Assembly (NCBI GenBank): GCA_900548345.1 | Contig: URKA01000002.1 | Location: 146,127 to 170,126 of the forward strand | Length of the DNA: 24,000 nt | DNA from: an uncultured Paraprevotella sp. | GTDB taxonomy: Bacteria > Bacteroidota > Bacteroidia > Bacteroidales > Bacteroidaceae | Direction of reading: 5' to 3' | Shown here: positions 9,801 through 16,830 of the stretch, piece by piece | How positions within the stretch are numbered: position 1 is the stretch's first letter | Layout: each line of letters begins with the position of its first letter | Position numbers and translations under genes: made by a program | The notes under the pieces: model-generated | The model's database searches: none | What the model saw: the letters and a program-made list of their open reading frames with translations, nothing else | Told to the model about the DNA's origin: nothing

Positions 9801-9965
9801 GGCACCGGGATAAGTGGTTACAATCATGGCCAGTTTGACTTTGATTTCCGGGTCTTCCAGTTTGCTCATCTGGTAACAGGACCAAATGCCTCCGGCCATG
9901 AGGATGGCGATGAAGAAATAAATCAGTTTCTTGTTCTGAAATGCCCATTTGCTGAAATCCATCAT
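6837..9965 (-). CDS. RND efflux pump permease (AcrB/AcrD/AcrF family)
   Basis: 1042 aa with the 12-TM, two-large-loop architecture typical of hydrophobe/amphiphile efflux pumps. It overlaps the adaptor gene by ATGA at 9962-9965. Confidence 0.95.
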   Translation of the reverse strand: MMDFSKWAFQNKKLIYFFIAILMAGGIWSCYQMSKLEDPEIKVKLAMIVTTYPGASAHQVELEVTDVLEKEIRTMGNIDNIESYSYNDLSLIQVELLSTVKEDDIEQCWDMLRRKVNDAQASLPSGTGKPIVKDDFGNVYGMFYAITGDGLTDRELADYAELIKRNLIELDGVDRVELYGQRPECINISLLQDRMANLGVKPAEVLATLNGQNQTTYTGYFDNGNNRIRVTVNNKFKTVDDIGNMLIQGHDDDQLRLNDIAKIEKEYESPTRNEMFYDGERSIGILIAAASGTDIMKVGSEVEDKLEQLKTERFPAGVEFHKVFHQPDRVGSSLGTFVINLIESVIIVVLVLMIAMGFRSGMIIGVSLIVTVFGSFLFLQFMDGTMQRVSLGAFILAMGMLVDNAIVIDDGILVDLKAGKNRMEAMTTIGRQTAMPLLGATLIAIIAFLPIFLSPDTAGIYTRDLFIVLAVSLLLSWILALVHVPLMANRYLKSEVQTSQEPRRYDGKAYAILRSILNFGLHHRWTFVITMITLLGISVLGYNYMRQGFFPDMVYDQMYMEYKLPEGNNSTRVKHDLEEIEAYLKSRDEITHVTTSIGGTPGRYNLVRSIANPSLAYGELIIDFKSSDALVDNMEEIQDYLTAHYPDAYVKMKRYNLMFKKYPIEAQFLGPDPAVLHQLADSARAIMELSPEVELITTDWDPQVPVLTVEYDQPAARSLGLSRNDVSLSLLTATSGIPIGSFYEGIHKDNIYLKCLDEQGMPINDLDNTQVFSSLPSLSGLVNEEMLVKLKSGTLSKEDLVENIMTTTPLKQVSKKVDIRWEDPVVPRYDGQRSQRVQCSPVPGIETEKARKAIAAKIDQIELPAGYTLQWQGEKAANTKSMKYLFSTFPLAIILMIGILIMLFKDYRKPAIIFCCIPLVFIGVVAIMLITGKTFNFVAIVGTLGLIGMIIKNGIVLMDEITLQLNEGVEPVKALTDSAQSRLRPVMMASLTTILGMIPLLTDAMFGSLAASVMGGLLFGTLVTLIFIPILYALFFHIKQTK

Positions 9966-11029
9966 AACATTCCTCCTATATTGGTTTTGCTTGTCGGTGT
10001 GAGCGGGTGTACATTCTCACCGTTTTGGATATGGTGTACGCCGGACGATACGATAATGTCGCCGGATTTGAGATGTTCTGAAGTCACGATGGCACTTCCG
10101 TCACTCTGTAATCTGAGGAGGTTGACAGGACAGTTGCAGACTTTTCCGTTCGATGGGTTGTATTTGAAAACGGAAGTTTTCCCCGCTTTTATCAAGACTG
10201 CACCGGCCGGAATGTTCATAGGTTTGTTATGGATGGTGTCACAGAGTATCGTCACCATGGTATTCATGCCCGGAGAAGGAAGGGGGGATTGGTGTTCCTT
10301 TAGTTTCAGGCGCATGGTGTACAATTGGTTGGCGTTGGCTTTCGGTGTGACGGAAACAGGTTCCAACTGATATGCCTTTCCGGGATAGATATCAAAAGTA
10401 CAATGATAAGACTGAAAATGTTCGCGGCGGATATACTCAGCTGCAGGAAGGTTGATTTCTACATCCGGCTGTCCGTTGTCGATAATGGAAATGACAGGCA
10501 TTCCGGCGCCAACCGTTTCGTAGGCATTAAACAAATGTTTCTGAACGTATCCGTCGAACGGCGCGTATAGTTTGGTATATGCCAATTGTTCTTTATGATG
10601 ATTATATTTGGCTGTGATTTGTTTAAGGCCGTATACGGCTTTGTCATTGGCATTTTCCGTGGTTCCCCCTTCTTTATATAATGCCATGACTCTTTCTGCT
10701 TCGGCCTTGATTTGTTTGTATTCCGCTTCGGTAGCGTCCAATTGTATCTTGTAATCGGTGGGGTCGAGTTCGGCCAATAGTTGTCCCTTCCTGATCCGTG
10801 TTCCTTCTTCGGCGTACATCCTTTGTATGGTTCCGCTGACTTTGAATGCCATATTGATATCTTCGGAAGCTTTTACCTTTCCTGGATATTGAATCATAGT
10901 AAGTTCATTTGCCGGTTTTACGGTGTCGGTCTTGACTGTTTGGACCGTGTCTTTGACGGATTGTTGATGTGAGCAGGCAGTCAGTATGAAGATGCCCAGA
11001 AATCCCGATATTAAATAATCCTTTTTCAT
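9962..11029 (-). CDS. RND efflux periplasmic adaptor (membrane fusion protein, HlyD-type) lipoprotein
   Basis: 355 aa with the lipobox FILTAC, followed by lipoyl/coiled-coil/beta-barrel MFP-like sequence. It is the first gene of the adaptor-pump-OMP operon. Confidence 0.9.
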   Translation of the reverse strand: MKKDYLISGFLGIFILTACSHQQSVKDTVQTVKTDTVKPANELTMIQYPGKVKASEDINMAFKVSGTIQRMYAEEGTRIRKGQLLAELDPTDYKIQLDATEAEYKQIKAEAERVMALYKEGGTTENANDKAVYGLKQITAKYNHHKEQLAYTKLYAPFDGYVQKHLFNAYETVGAGMPVISIIDNGQPDVEINLPAAEYIRREHFQSYHCTFDIYPGKAYQLEPVSVTPKANANQLYTMRLKLKEHQSPLPSPGMNTMVTILCDTIHNKPMNIPAGAVLIKAGKTSVFKYNPSNGKVCNCPVNLLRLQSDGSAIVTSEHLKSGDIIVSSGVHHIQNGENVHPLTPTSKTNIGGML

Positions 11030-11055
11030 AAACTCTGATAACTATTGGTTTTGTG

Positions 11056-11063
11056 CAAAGATA
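11056..11063 (-). promoter_or_regulatory. Candidate -7 promoter box for the efflux operon
   Basis: The minus strand reads TATCTTTG (plus-strand CAAAGATA at 11056-11063), 27 nt upstream of ATG 11029. Confidence 0.45.
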
Positions 11064-11197
11064 TTTGGATTCGGATGGATGTAAAAGTCTGATAAGGATA
11101 TTTTTTTGTTCGATTTGTAGGTTTTTAACGTAAAAAATAGCAAAAAGTTCTTCGATATGTATTTATTTTGTGCTGTTCATTTCATTTAAGTCAAACC

Positions 11198-12082
11198 ATG
11201 GCACAATCATCTTATCCTGTCAAGATTACCACCTTTTCCGAGGCGGATTTGTCTCCTTTCGTCCGGGGGCGTATCCTGTCTACACTTGACAAGTGTGGAA
11301 TGTTCTTTTGCAGGAAGGGCGAAGTTGAAATGGAGATAGACGGAACTCCTTATATAATAAGGAAAGGAGATGTTTATTTCTATATGGCTTCGGCGTTGGT
11401 CAGGCTGAACCGTAGGAGTCCGGATTTGGAGGGAGTCATATTGGAAGTTGACCTTGATTATATTCTTCCGGTTTCTCACAAAGTCATGACGATTGAAGAT
11501 ATATTGTTTTTGCGTGATCATCCCTGTGTTACGTTGACCGAGGCCCAGTATGCATATCTGGAGCGGTTGCTTGAAATGTATGGACGGCGGGCAGGCATGG
11601 ATGAGGATGCATCAGGCGGCATGCAAATTCGTTTTCTGCAAAATGAATTGATGAAATCATACGGTCAACTGTTGTTTTGCGAATTGATGGTGATTTATTA
11701 TGCTCATAAAAGCATGCAGCCTGTATCGAGAAATCAGACGGACTACATATTCCAGCGTTTTTTACTGACGTTGTTCCGTTGTTACCGTCGGGAACGTGAT
11801 GTGGTGTTTTATGCGCATGAGCAGAATCTGACGGCACGTTATTTCTCTTCCATTATCAAGGAAAAGTCCGGAAGAACAGCCTTACAATGGATTGTGAGGA
11901 TGGTGATTTCCGAATCCAAGCAACTTTTGGAAAGTTCCGATATGAGTATAAAGGAGATTGCCATGCAGTTGAACTTTCCCACGCAATCTTTTTTCGGAAA
12001 ATATTTCAAGCAGTATGTAGGGATGTCTCCGAAGATGTATCGCATGTCGTTTTTGTCACCTCAAGGCAGGAAGGATGTCTGA
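11198..12082 (+). CDS. AraC-family transcriptional regulator (N-terminal cupin-like sensor plus C-terminal HTH_18)
   Basis: The C-terminus ...ARYFSSIIKEKSGRTALQWIVRMVISESKQLLESSDMSIKEIAMQLNFPTQSFFGKYFKQYVGMSPKMYR is a classic AraC double HTH. The N-terminal KGEVEMEIDGTPYIIRKGDVYF is cupin-like. The ORF track starts at TTG 11168, but I prefer ATG 11198. Confidence 0.85.
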   Translation: MAQSSYPVKITTFSEADLSPFVRGRILSTLDKCGMFFCRKGEVEMEIDGTPYIIRKGDVYFYMASALVRLNRRSPDLEGVILEVDLDYILPVSHKVMTIEDILFLRDHPCVTLTEAQYAYLERLLEMYGRRAGMDEDASGGMQIRFLQNELMKSYGQLLFCELMVIYYAHKSMQPVSRNQTDYIFQRFLLTLFRCYRRERDVVFYAHEQNLTARYFSSIIKEKSGRTALQWIVRMVISESKQLLESSDMSIKEIAMQLNFPTQSFFGKYFKQYVGMSPKMYRMSFLSPQGRKDV

Positions 12083-12142
12083 ATCCGTAAAAATGGTATG
12101 TATTTCGGTATTAAATGTAAGAAGTTATAGGGGTGAATTGAT

Positions 12143-12150
12143 TAAATTTG
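12143..12150 (+). promoter_or_regulatory. Candidate -7 promoter box for the seven-gene redox/Tat operon
   Basis: TAAATTTG at 12143-12150, 27 nt upstream of ATG 12177. Confidence 0.45.
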
Positions 12151-12176
12151 CAATTGTATAAGAAGAATAAAGCAGT

Positions 12177-12737
12177 ATGAAAAAGAAAGCGTTGAACTTA
12201 TTGATTGTAATGTTTGTTATGGTTGGATTGGAAGTGAATGCACAAGAAGCAGGACGGGCAAAGAATGTGCTGGTAGCTTATTTCTCATGGTCGGGAAACA
12301 CGCGTGTCGTTGCGGAGCAGATTCGTGAGTTGACCGGTGGAGACTTGTTTGAAATTAAAACGGTGAAGGAATATCCTGAAGAGTACCGCCCTTGTACAGA
12401 AGTGGCCAAGAAAGAGAAAGAGGCCGATGCCCGGCCTGAATTGCAAGGTAAGTTGGAGAATCTGAGCCGTTATGATGTGGTGTTCGTAGGTTATCCGAAT
12501 TGGTGGGGAACGGCACCAATGGCCGTCTGGACTTTTCTCGGCAGTTACGACTGGACGGATAAAACATTGATTCCATTTTGTACGCACGGTGGTGGAGGAG
12601 AGCAAAACTGTTTTAAAGATTTTGTGAAACACAAAGGAAAGGCCCAGGCCAAGAAGGGATTTATCACGAACGGCGGTCGGGTGAACGTAGCCCGTCCCCA
12701 AGTGGGAAAGTGGTTGGCTGAGATAGGTTTGAAATAA
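12177..12737 (+). CDS. Flavodoxin-like protein (Flavodoxin_4 type) with an N-terminal Sec signal peptide
   Basis: The N-terminus MKKKALNLLIVMFVMVGLEVNA/QE looks like an SPI signal and has no Cys. The mature part starts VLVAYFSWSGNTRVVAEQI, a flavodoxin FMN-phosphate loop pattern, and also contains YPNWWGTAP. Confidence 0.8.
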   Translation: MKKKALNLLIVMFVMVGLEVNAQEAGRAKNVLVAYFSWSGNTRVVAEQIRELTGGDLFEIKTVKEYPEEYRPCTEVAKKEKEADARPELQGKLENLSRYDVVFVGYPNWWGTAPMAVWTFLGSYDWTDKTLIPFCTHGGGGEQNCFKDFVKHKGKAQAKKGFITNGGRVNVARPQVGKWLAEIGLK

Positions 12738-12762
12738 AATACATATCATAAAGAGTTGGCTT

Positions 12763-14262
12763 ATGTTGAAGAAAATCAGGCTGGCGGCAGCGTGCATCTG
12801 TTTTGTATTGGTTACTTTGCTTTTTCTCGATTTTACGGGGGTGGCGCACACTTGGTGGGGGTGGCTGGCCAAAGTTCAGTTTATCCCGGCGTTGCTTGCG
12901 TTGAATGCCATGGTCGTTGTGGTGCTGGTTTTGCTGACTTTATTGTTCGGCAGGGTTTATTGTTCGGTCATTTGTCCGCTTGGCGTTTTTCAAGACGTTG
13001 TTTCTCATGTGGCCGGAAAGCACAAGAAGAACCGTTTCCGTTATTCTCCGGCCGTTTCATGGCTGCGTTACGGAATGTTGGTATTGTTCATATTGCTATG
13101 GATTGCGGGAATGTATGCCGGCATTGCGGGTCTCGGTGCATTGTTCGGGCTTTTGGAGCCATATAGTGCATACGGGCGGATGGCATCCAACTTGTTTGCC
13201 CCGCTTTACCGTTGGGGGAATAACCTGTTGGCATACGGAGCGGAACAAGTTGACAGCTATATGTTCTATTCGGTTGATGTCTGGATGAAAGGAGGACTGA
13301 TAACTGGAGTGGCGGTGTTGACATTCCTTTTATTGGTGTTTCTGGCATGGCGTGGCGGGCGGACTTATTGCAATACGGTGTGTCCGGTAGGTACGATACT
13401 GGGTTTCTTTGCCCGTTTTTCTTGGTTCAAGCCTGTTATCGACAAGACCAAATGCGTGAACTGTCATTTGTGTGCACGTAATTGCAAGGCATCCTGTATC
13501 AATATAAAGGAACATGAGATTGATTACAGCCGCTGTGTGGCGTGTATGGATTGCATCGACAAATGCCCTAAGGGAGCTATTCATTACGTTCATGCCCCAT
13601 CCGGAGAGAAGAGGGGAACGGCCCATACGCCGGATGGCGGGCGTCGTAACTTTCTGACCGTGACATCGTTGTTTGCATTCGGTACGTGGGCAAAGGCGCA
13701 GCAGAAAACTGTGGACGGCGGACTGGCTGTCATTGAAGAAAAGAAAGTTCCGGAGCGGAAAACCCGGTTGACTCCGGCGGGGGCTTTGAGCGCGCGTAAT
13801 TTCTCTTCGCATTGTACGGCCTGTCAGCTGTGTGTGTCGGCTTGTCCCAATGGTGTGTTGCGCCCGTCTTCCTCGTTAGAGAACCTGATGCAGCCGGATA
13901 TGTCTTACGAACGGGGCTATTGCCGTCCGGAATGTGTGCGGTGCTCGGAAGTTTGTCCGTCCGGTGCCATACGTCCGATTACGGTAGCGGAGAAGTCTTT
14001 GGTACAGATAGGTCACGCGGTGTATCTGTATGAGAACTGTGTGGTGAATACCGATGGGGTGGAGTGTGGAAATTGTGCCCGTCATTGTCCTTCGGGAGCC
14101 ATACAGATGGTGCCTTCCGTGGCAGGTGTGCCGGATTCGCCCAAACTGCCGGTCATCAACGAAGAGCGCTGCATCGGGTGCGGTGCCTGCGAGAACCTGT
14201 GTCCGGCCCGTCCTTTCAGTGCCATTTATGTGGAAGGGCATGAAAATCATCGTATCATTTAA
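12763..14262 (+). CDS. Membrane polyferredoxin with a NapH-like N-terminal half fused to a NapG-like C-terminal half
   Basis: Four N-terminal TM segments carry two CX3CP motifs (YCSVICP at aa 66-72, YCNTVCP at aa 202-208). These are followed by CVNCHLCARNC and CVACMDCIDKCP. Next comes GGRRNFLTVTSLFAFGTWAKA (RR at aa 294-295, nt 13642-13647). The remainder holds four further Cys clusters: CTACQLCVSACP, CRPECVRCSEVCP, NC...ECGNCARHCP and CIGCGACENLCP. Confidence 0.85.
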   Translation: MLKKIRLAAACICFVLVTLLFLDFTGVAHTWWGWLAKVQFIPALLALNAMVVVVLVLLTLLFGRVYCSVICPLGVFQDVVSHVAGKHKKNRFRYSPAVSWLRYGMLVLFILLWIAGMYAGIAGLGALFGLLEPYSAYGRMASNLFAPLYRWGNNLLAYGAEQVDSYMFYSVDVWMKGGLITGVAVLTFLLLVFLAWRGGRTYCNTVCPVGTILGFFARFSWFKPVIDKTKCVNCHLCARNCKASCINIKEHEIDYSRCVACMDCIDKCPKGAIHYVHAPSGEKRGTAHTPDGGRRNFLTVTSLFAFGTWAKAQQKTVDGGLAVIEEKKVPERKTRLTPAGALSARNFSSHCTACQLCVSACPNGVLRPSSSLENLMQPDMSYERGYCRPECVRCSEVCPSGAIRPITVAEKSLVQIGHAVYLYENCVVNTDGVECGNCARHCPSGAIQMVPSVAGVPDSPKLPVINEERCIGCGACENLCPARPFSAIYVEGHENHRII

Positions 14263-14277
14263 TTAAAAGACTGTTTC

Positions 14278-15678
14278 ATGGAAAAGAAAGATAAAGGAAT
14301 GAACCGCCGTCGTTTCCTGAAAGTATTCGGTGCCGGTGCGGCTGCCACGACAGCTGCGCTTTACGGTTGTGCCCCCAAGAACGGTGCGTCTTCCGCTGCA
14401 GGCGGGGGTGAGATACCGACCGACAAGATGACTTACCGCACTCATCCCACGAATGGTGACAGGGTGTCTATATTAGGCTATGGTTGTATGAGGCTTCCGA
14501 CTGTAAGTAACGGCAGTGCACGTGAAAGCAAAGACGAAATAGACCAGGAGATGGTGAATAGGCTGACTGATTACGCCCTTGCGCATGGCGTGAATTATTT
14601 CGATACCTCTCCGGCATATTGCAAAGGGCATTCCGAACATGCCATGGGAGTCGCTTTGGGCCGACATCCCCGGAATACATATTATATCGCCACTAAGCTG
14701 TCTAACTTCTCGCCCGACACGTGGAGTCGGGAGGCCTCTCTTGCCATGTATCACAATTCGTTCAAGGAATTGCAGGTAGACTACATCGACTACATGTTGC
14801 TGCACGGCATAGGAATGGGCGGAATGGCAGCCTTTAACGGGCGATACGTTGAAAACGGGGTGCTTGATTTCCTTTTGAACGAGCGGAAGGAAGGACGTAT
14901 CCGCAATTTAGGATTTTCGTATCATGGCGACGTGGATGTGTTCGACTATCTGTTGTCACGACATGAAGAATACAAATGGGATTTCGTACAGATTCAGTTG
15001 AACTATGTGGATTGGCGGCATGCCAAGGAAGTCAACGACAGGAATACCAACGCGGAATATCTGTACGGAGAATTGGAAAAGCGCCATATTCCGGCTGTCA
15101 TCATGGAACCTCTTTTAGGAGGAAGGCTTTCCAATGTGCCCGACCATATCGTAGGGCGTCTGAAACAGCGCCGCCCGAACGACAGCGTGGCTTCGTGGGC
15201 TTTCCGGTTTGCCGGTTCTCCTCAGGGTGTGCTGACCGTGTTGAGCGGAATGACCTACATGGAACATTTGCAGGATAATCTGCGGACTTATTCGCCGCTG
15301 GATGTACTGACCGACGGAGACAAGGAGTTTCTGGAAGAGACCGCACGTCTGATGTTGAAGTATCCTACAGTGCCCTGTAACGACTGTAAATACTGTATGC
15401 CTTGTCCATACGGTATCGACATTCCTTCCATTCTGGTACATTATAATAAATGTGTCAATCAGGGAAATGTTCCGGAAAGTGTGCAGGAAGAGAACTACAG
15501 AAAGGCGCGTCGCGCCTTTCTGGTCGGATACGACCGCAGTGTGCCGCGCTTGCGTCAGGCCGACCATTGTATAGGATGCGGCCAATGCGTGAGCCATTGT
15601 CCGCAGAATATCAACATTCCGAGAGAGCTGCACCGCATAGACGGATTTGTGGAACAGTTGAAACAAGGCACGCTGTAG
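14278..15678 (+). CDS. Aldo/keto reductase with a C-terminal 4Fe-4S ferredoxin domain, a Tat signal peptide and a possible lipobox
   Basis: MEKKDKGMNRRRFLKVFGAGAAATTAALYGC contains the twin-arginine consensus RRxFLK, an Ala-rich h-region and LYGC. The AKR core includes YGCMRLP, NYFDTSPAY, YIATK and DYMLLHG. The C-terminus carries CNDCKYCMPCP and CIGCGQCVSHCP. Confidence 0.85.
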   Translation: MEKKDKGMNRRRFLKVFGAGAAATTAALYGCAPKNGASSAAGGGEIPTDKMTYRTHPTNGDRVSILGYGCMRLPTVSNGSARESKDEIDQEMVNRLTDYALAHGVNYFDTSPAYCKGHSEHAMGVALGRHPRNTYYIATKLSNFSPDTWSREASLAMYHNSFKELQVDYIDYMLLHGIGMGGMAAFNGRYVENGVLDFLLNERKEGRIRNLGFSYHGDVDVFDYLLSRHEEYKWDFVQIQLNYVDWRHAKEVNDRNTNAEYLYGELEKRHIPAVIMEPLLGGRLSNVPDHIVGRLKQRRPNDSVASWAFRFAGSPQGVLTVLSGMTYMEHLQDNLRTYSPLDVLTDGDKEFLEETARLMLKYPTVPCNDCKYCMPCPYGIDIPSILVHYNKCVNQGNVPESVQEENYRKARRAFLVGYDRSVPRLRQADHCIGCGQCVSHCPQNINIPRELHRIDGFVEQLKQGTL

Positions 15679-15679
15679 G

Positions 15680-16105
15680 ATGGAAGAGATTGTCGGAATG
15701 TTGCATGAGGGTGGATATTCCTGTGTGTTGCGCAACGGGGATATATATACTTTTACGCAGCGCGGCGTAGCCGATTTGTTCGATTTGCTGACCCGTCGCC
15801 CCGACCTGCTGAGAGGGGCGGATATGGCAGACAAGGTAGTGGGGAAGGGGGCGGCCGCTCTTATGGTTTTGGGCGGAGTGTCCCGTCTGCATGCCGATGT
15901 ATTGAGCGAGCCGGCATGGCATCTGTTGGCACAATGTGGTGTGGATACGACTTATGGCAGTCTTGTGTCCCACATCATGAACCGTGCCCAAACCGGATGG
16001 TGTCCGGTGGAAAGTCTTTGCCGTGACGCGGCCACGCCGGCCGACTGTCTGACGTTGATAGAAGGTTTCTTGAAAGTAAATGATGTGAAAACAACAATAG
16101 ATTGA
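15680..16105 (+). CDS. DUF1893 (TM1506-like) domain protein; function unknown
   Basis: 141 aa. DKVVGKGAAALMVLGGV...HADVLSEPA...HIMNRAQTGWCPVE matches my recollection of the DUF1893 family. No signal peptide is present. The ATG lies 1 nt after the AKR stop. Confidence 0.7.
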   Translation: MEEIVGMLHEGGYSCVLRNGDIYTFTQRGVADLFDLLTRRPDLLRGADMADKVVGKGAAALMVLGGVSRLHADVLSEPAWHLLAQCGVDTTYGSLVSHIMNRAQTGWCPVESLCRDAATPADCLTLIEGFLKVNDVKTTID

Positions 16106-16108
16106 AAT

Positions 16109-16618
16109 ATGGAAACAACCGTAAAACTGTATACCACAGGGTATACTGAAATGAAAACTTATTTGTTGGCTGCGCTTTTTGTATCGGGCAATATTGTCTT
16201 GCCCCAGCTGTTTCATCTGATGCCCCAAGGGGGGATGATATGGTTGCCTATTTATTTCTTTACTTTGATAGGCGCCTATAAATATGGATGGAAAACAGGT
16301 CTGTTGACGGCAGTCGGCTCGCCGTTGGTCAATTCATGGCTATTCGGTATGCCTTCACCTGCCGTATTGCCGGCCATCCTGCTGAAGTCCGTGTTGCTGG
16401 CTTTGGTGGCCGGTTTCACGGCCTCCCGTCTGAAGCGTGTCAGCATCCCGATTATGTTGGCTGTCGTACTTTTCTATCAGGTGGCCGGAACAGCGGGTGA
16501 ATGGCTCATGAGCGGAAGTCTGACGCTTGCCATGCAGGATTTCCGCATAGGACTTCCGGGTATGGCTTTGCAGGTAGTGGGAGGATATTATTTTGTGAAA
16601 CATTTAATCTTTAAATAA
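16109..16618 (+). CDS. Small polytopic membrane protein resembling an ECF-transporter S-component
   Basis: 169 aa with about 5-6 TM segments. WLPIYFFTLIGAYKYGWKTGLLTAVGSPLVNSWLFGMP resembles the conserved S-component core. No ECF ATPase or T component is present nearby. The start could instead be ATG 16151. Confidence 0.5.
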   Translation: METTVKLYTTGYTEMKTYLLAALFVSGNIVLPQLFHLMPQGGMIWLPIYFFTLIGAYKYGWKTGLLTAVGSPLVNSWLFGMPSPAVLPAILLKSVLLALVAGFTASRLKRVSIPIMLAVVLFYQVAGTAGEWLMSGSLTLAMQDFRIGLPGMALQVVGGYYFVKHLIFK

Positions 16619-16620
16619 TT

Positions 16621-16824
16621 ATGTTTGGAATAGGAACGCAGGAAATACTTTTTATTCTGCTGATTGTTTTACTGTTCTTCGGCGGCAAAAAGATTCCTGA
16701 ACTGATGAAAGGGTTGGGAAAAGGCGTGAAAAGCTTTAAAGACGGGATGAATGGCGTGGACACGCCTGAAAAGGACGAAGGTGTCAAGCATGACGCTCAG
16801 GAACGTGGGAAGGCGGAAGATTGA
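16621..16824 (+). CDS. tatA: Twin-arginine translocase subunit TatA/E
   Basis: 67 aa. MFGIGTQEILFILLIVLLFFGGKKIPELMKGLGKGVKSFKDG shows the canonical TatA TM helix, FG hinge and amphipathic helix. Confidence 0.88.
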   Translation: MFGIGTQEILFILLIVLLFFGGKKIPELMKGLGKGVKSFKDGMNGVDTPEKDEGVKHDAQERGKAED

Positions 16825-16830
16825 ATCGTC

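Noticed and set aside
11034-11095. A direct repeat of TCTGATAA (11034-11041 and 11088-11095) in the efflux/araC divergent region, considered as possible AraC half-sites.
   Set aside because: A single 8-mer recurring once within about 170 bp of AT-rich DNA is expected by chance at roughly the 20% level. There is no further symmetry or extended similarity.
15115-16228. 239-aa and 205-aa minus-strand ORFs antisense to the AKR and DUF1893 genes.
   Set aside because: Each is in exact reverse register with the sense gene it overlaps (14278/15832 leave remainder 1; 15680/16226 leave remainder 2). The sense genes have clear family signatures. These are shadow ORFs.
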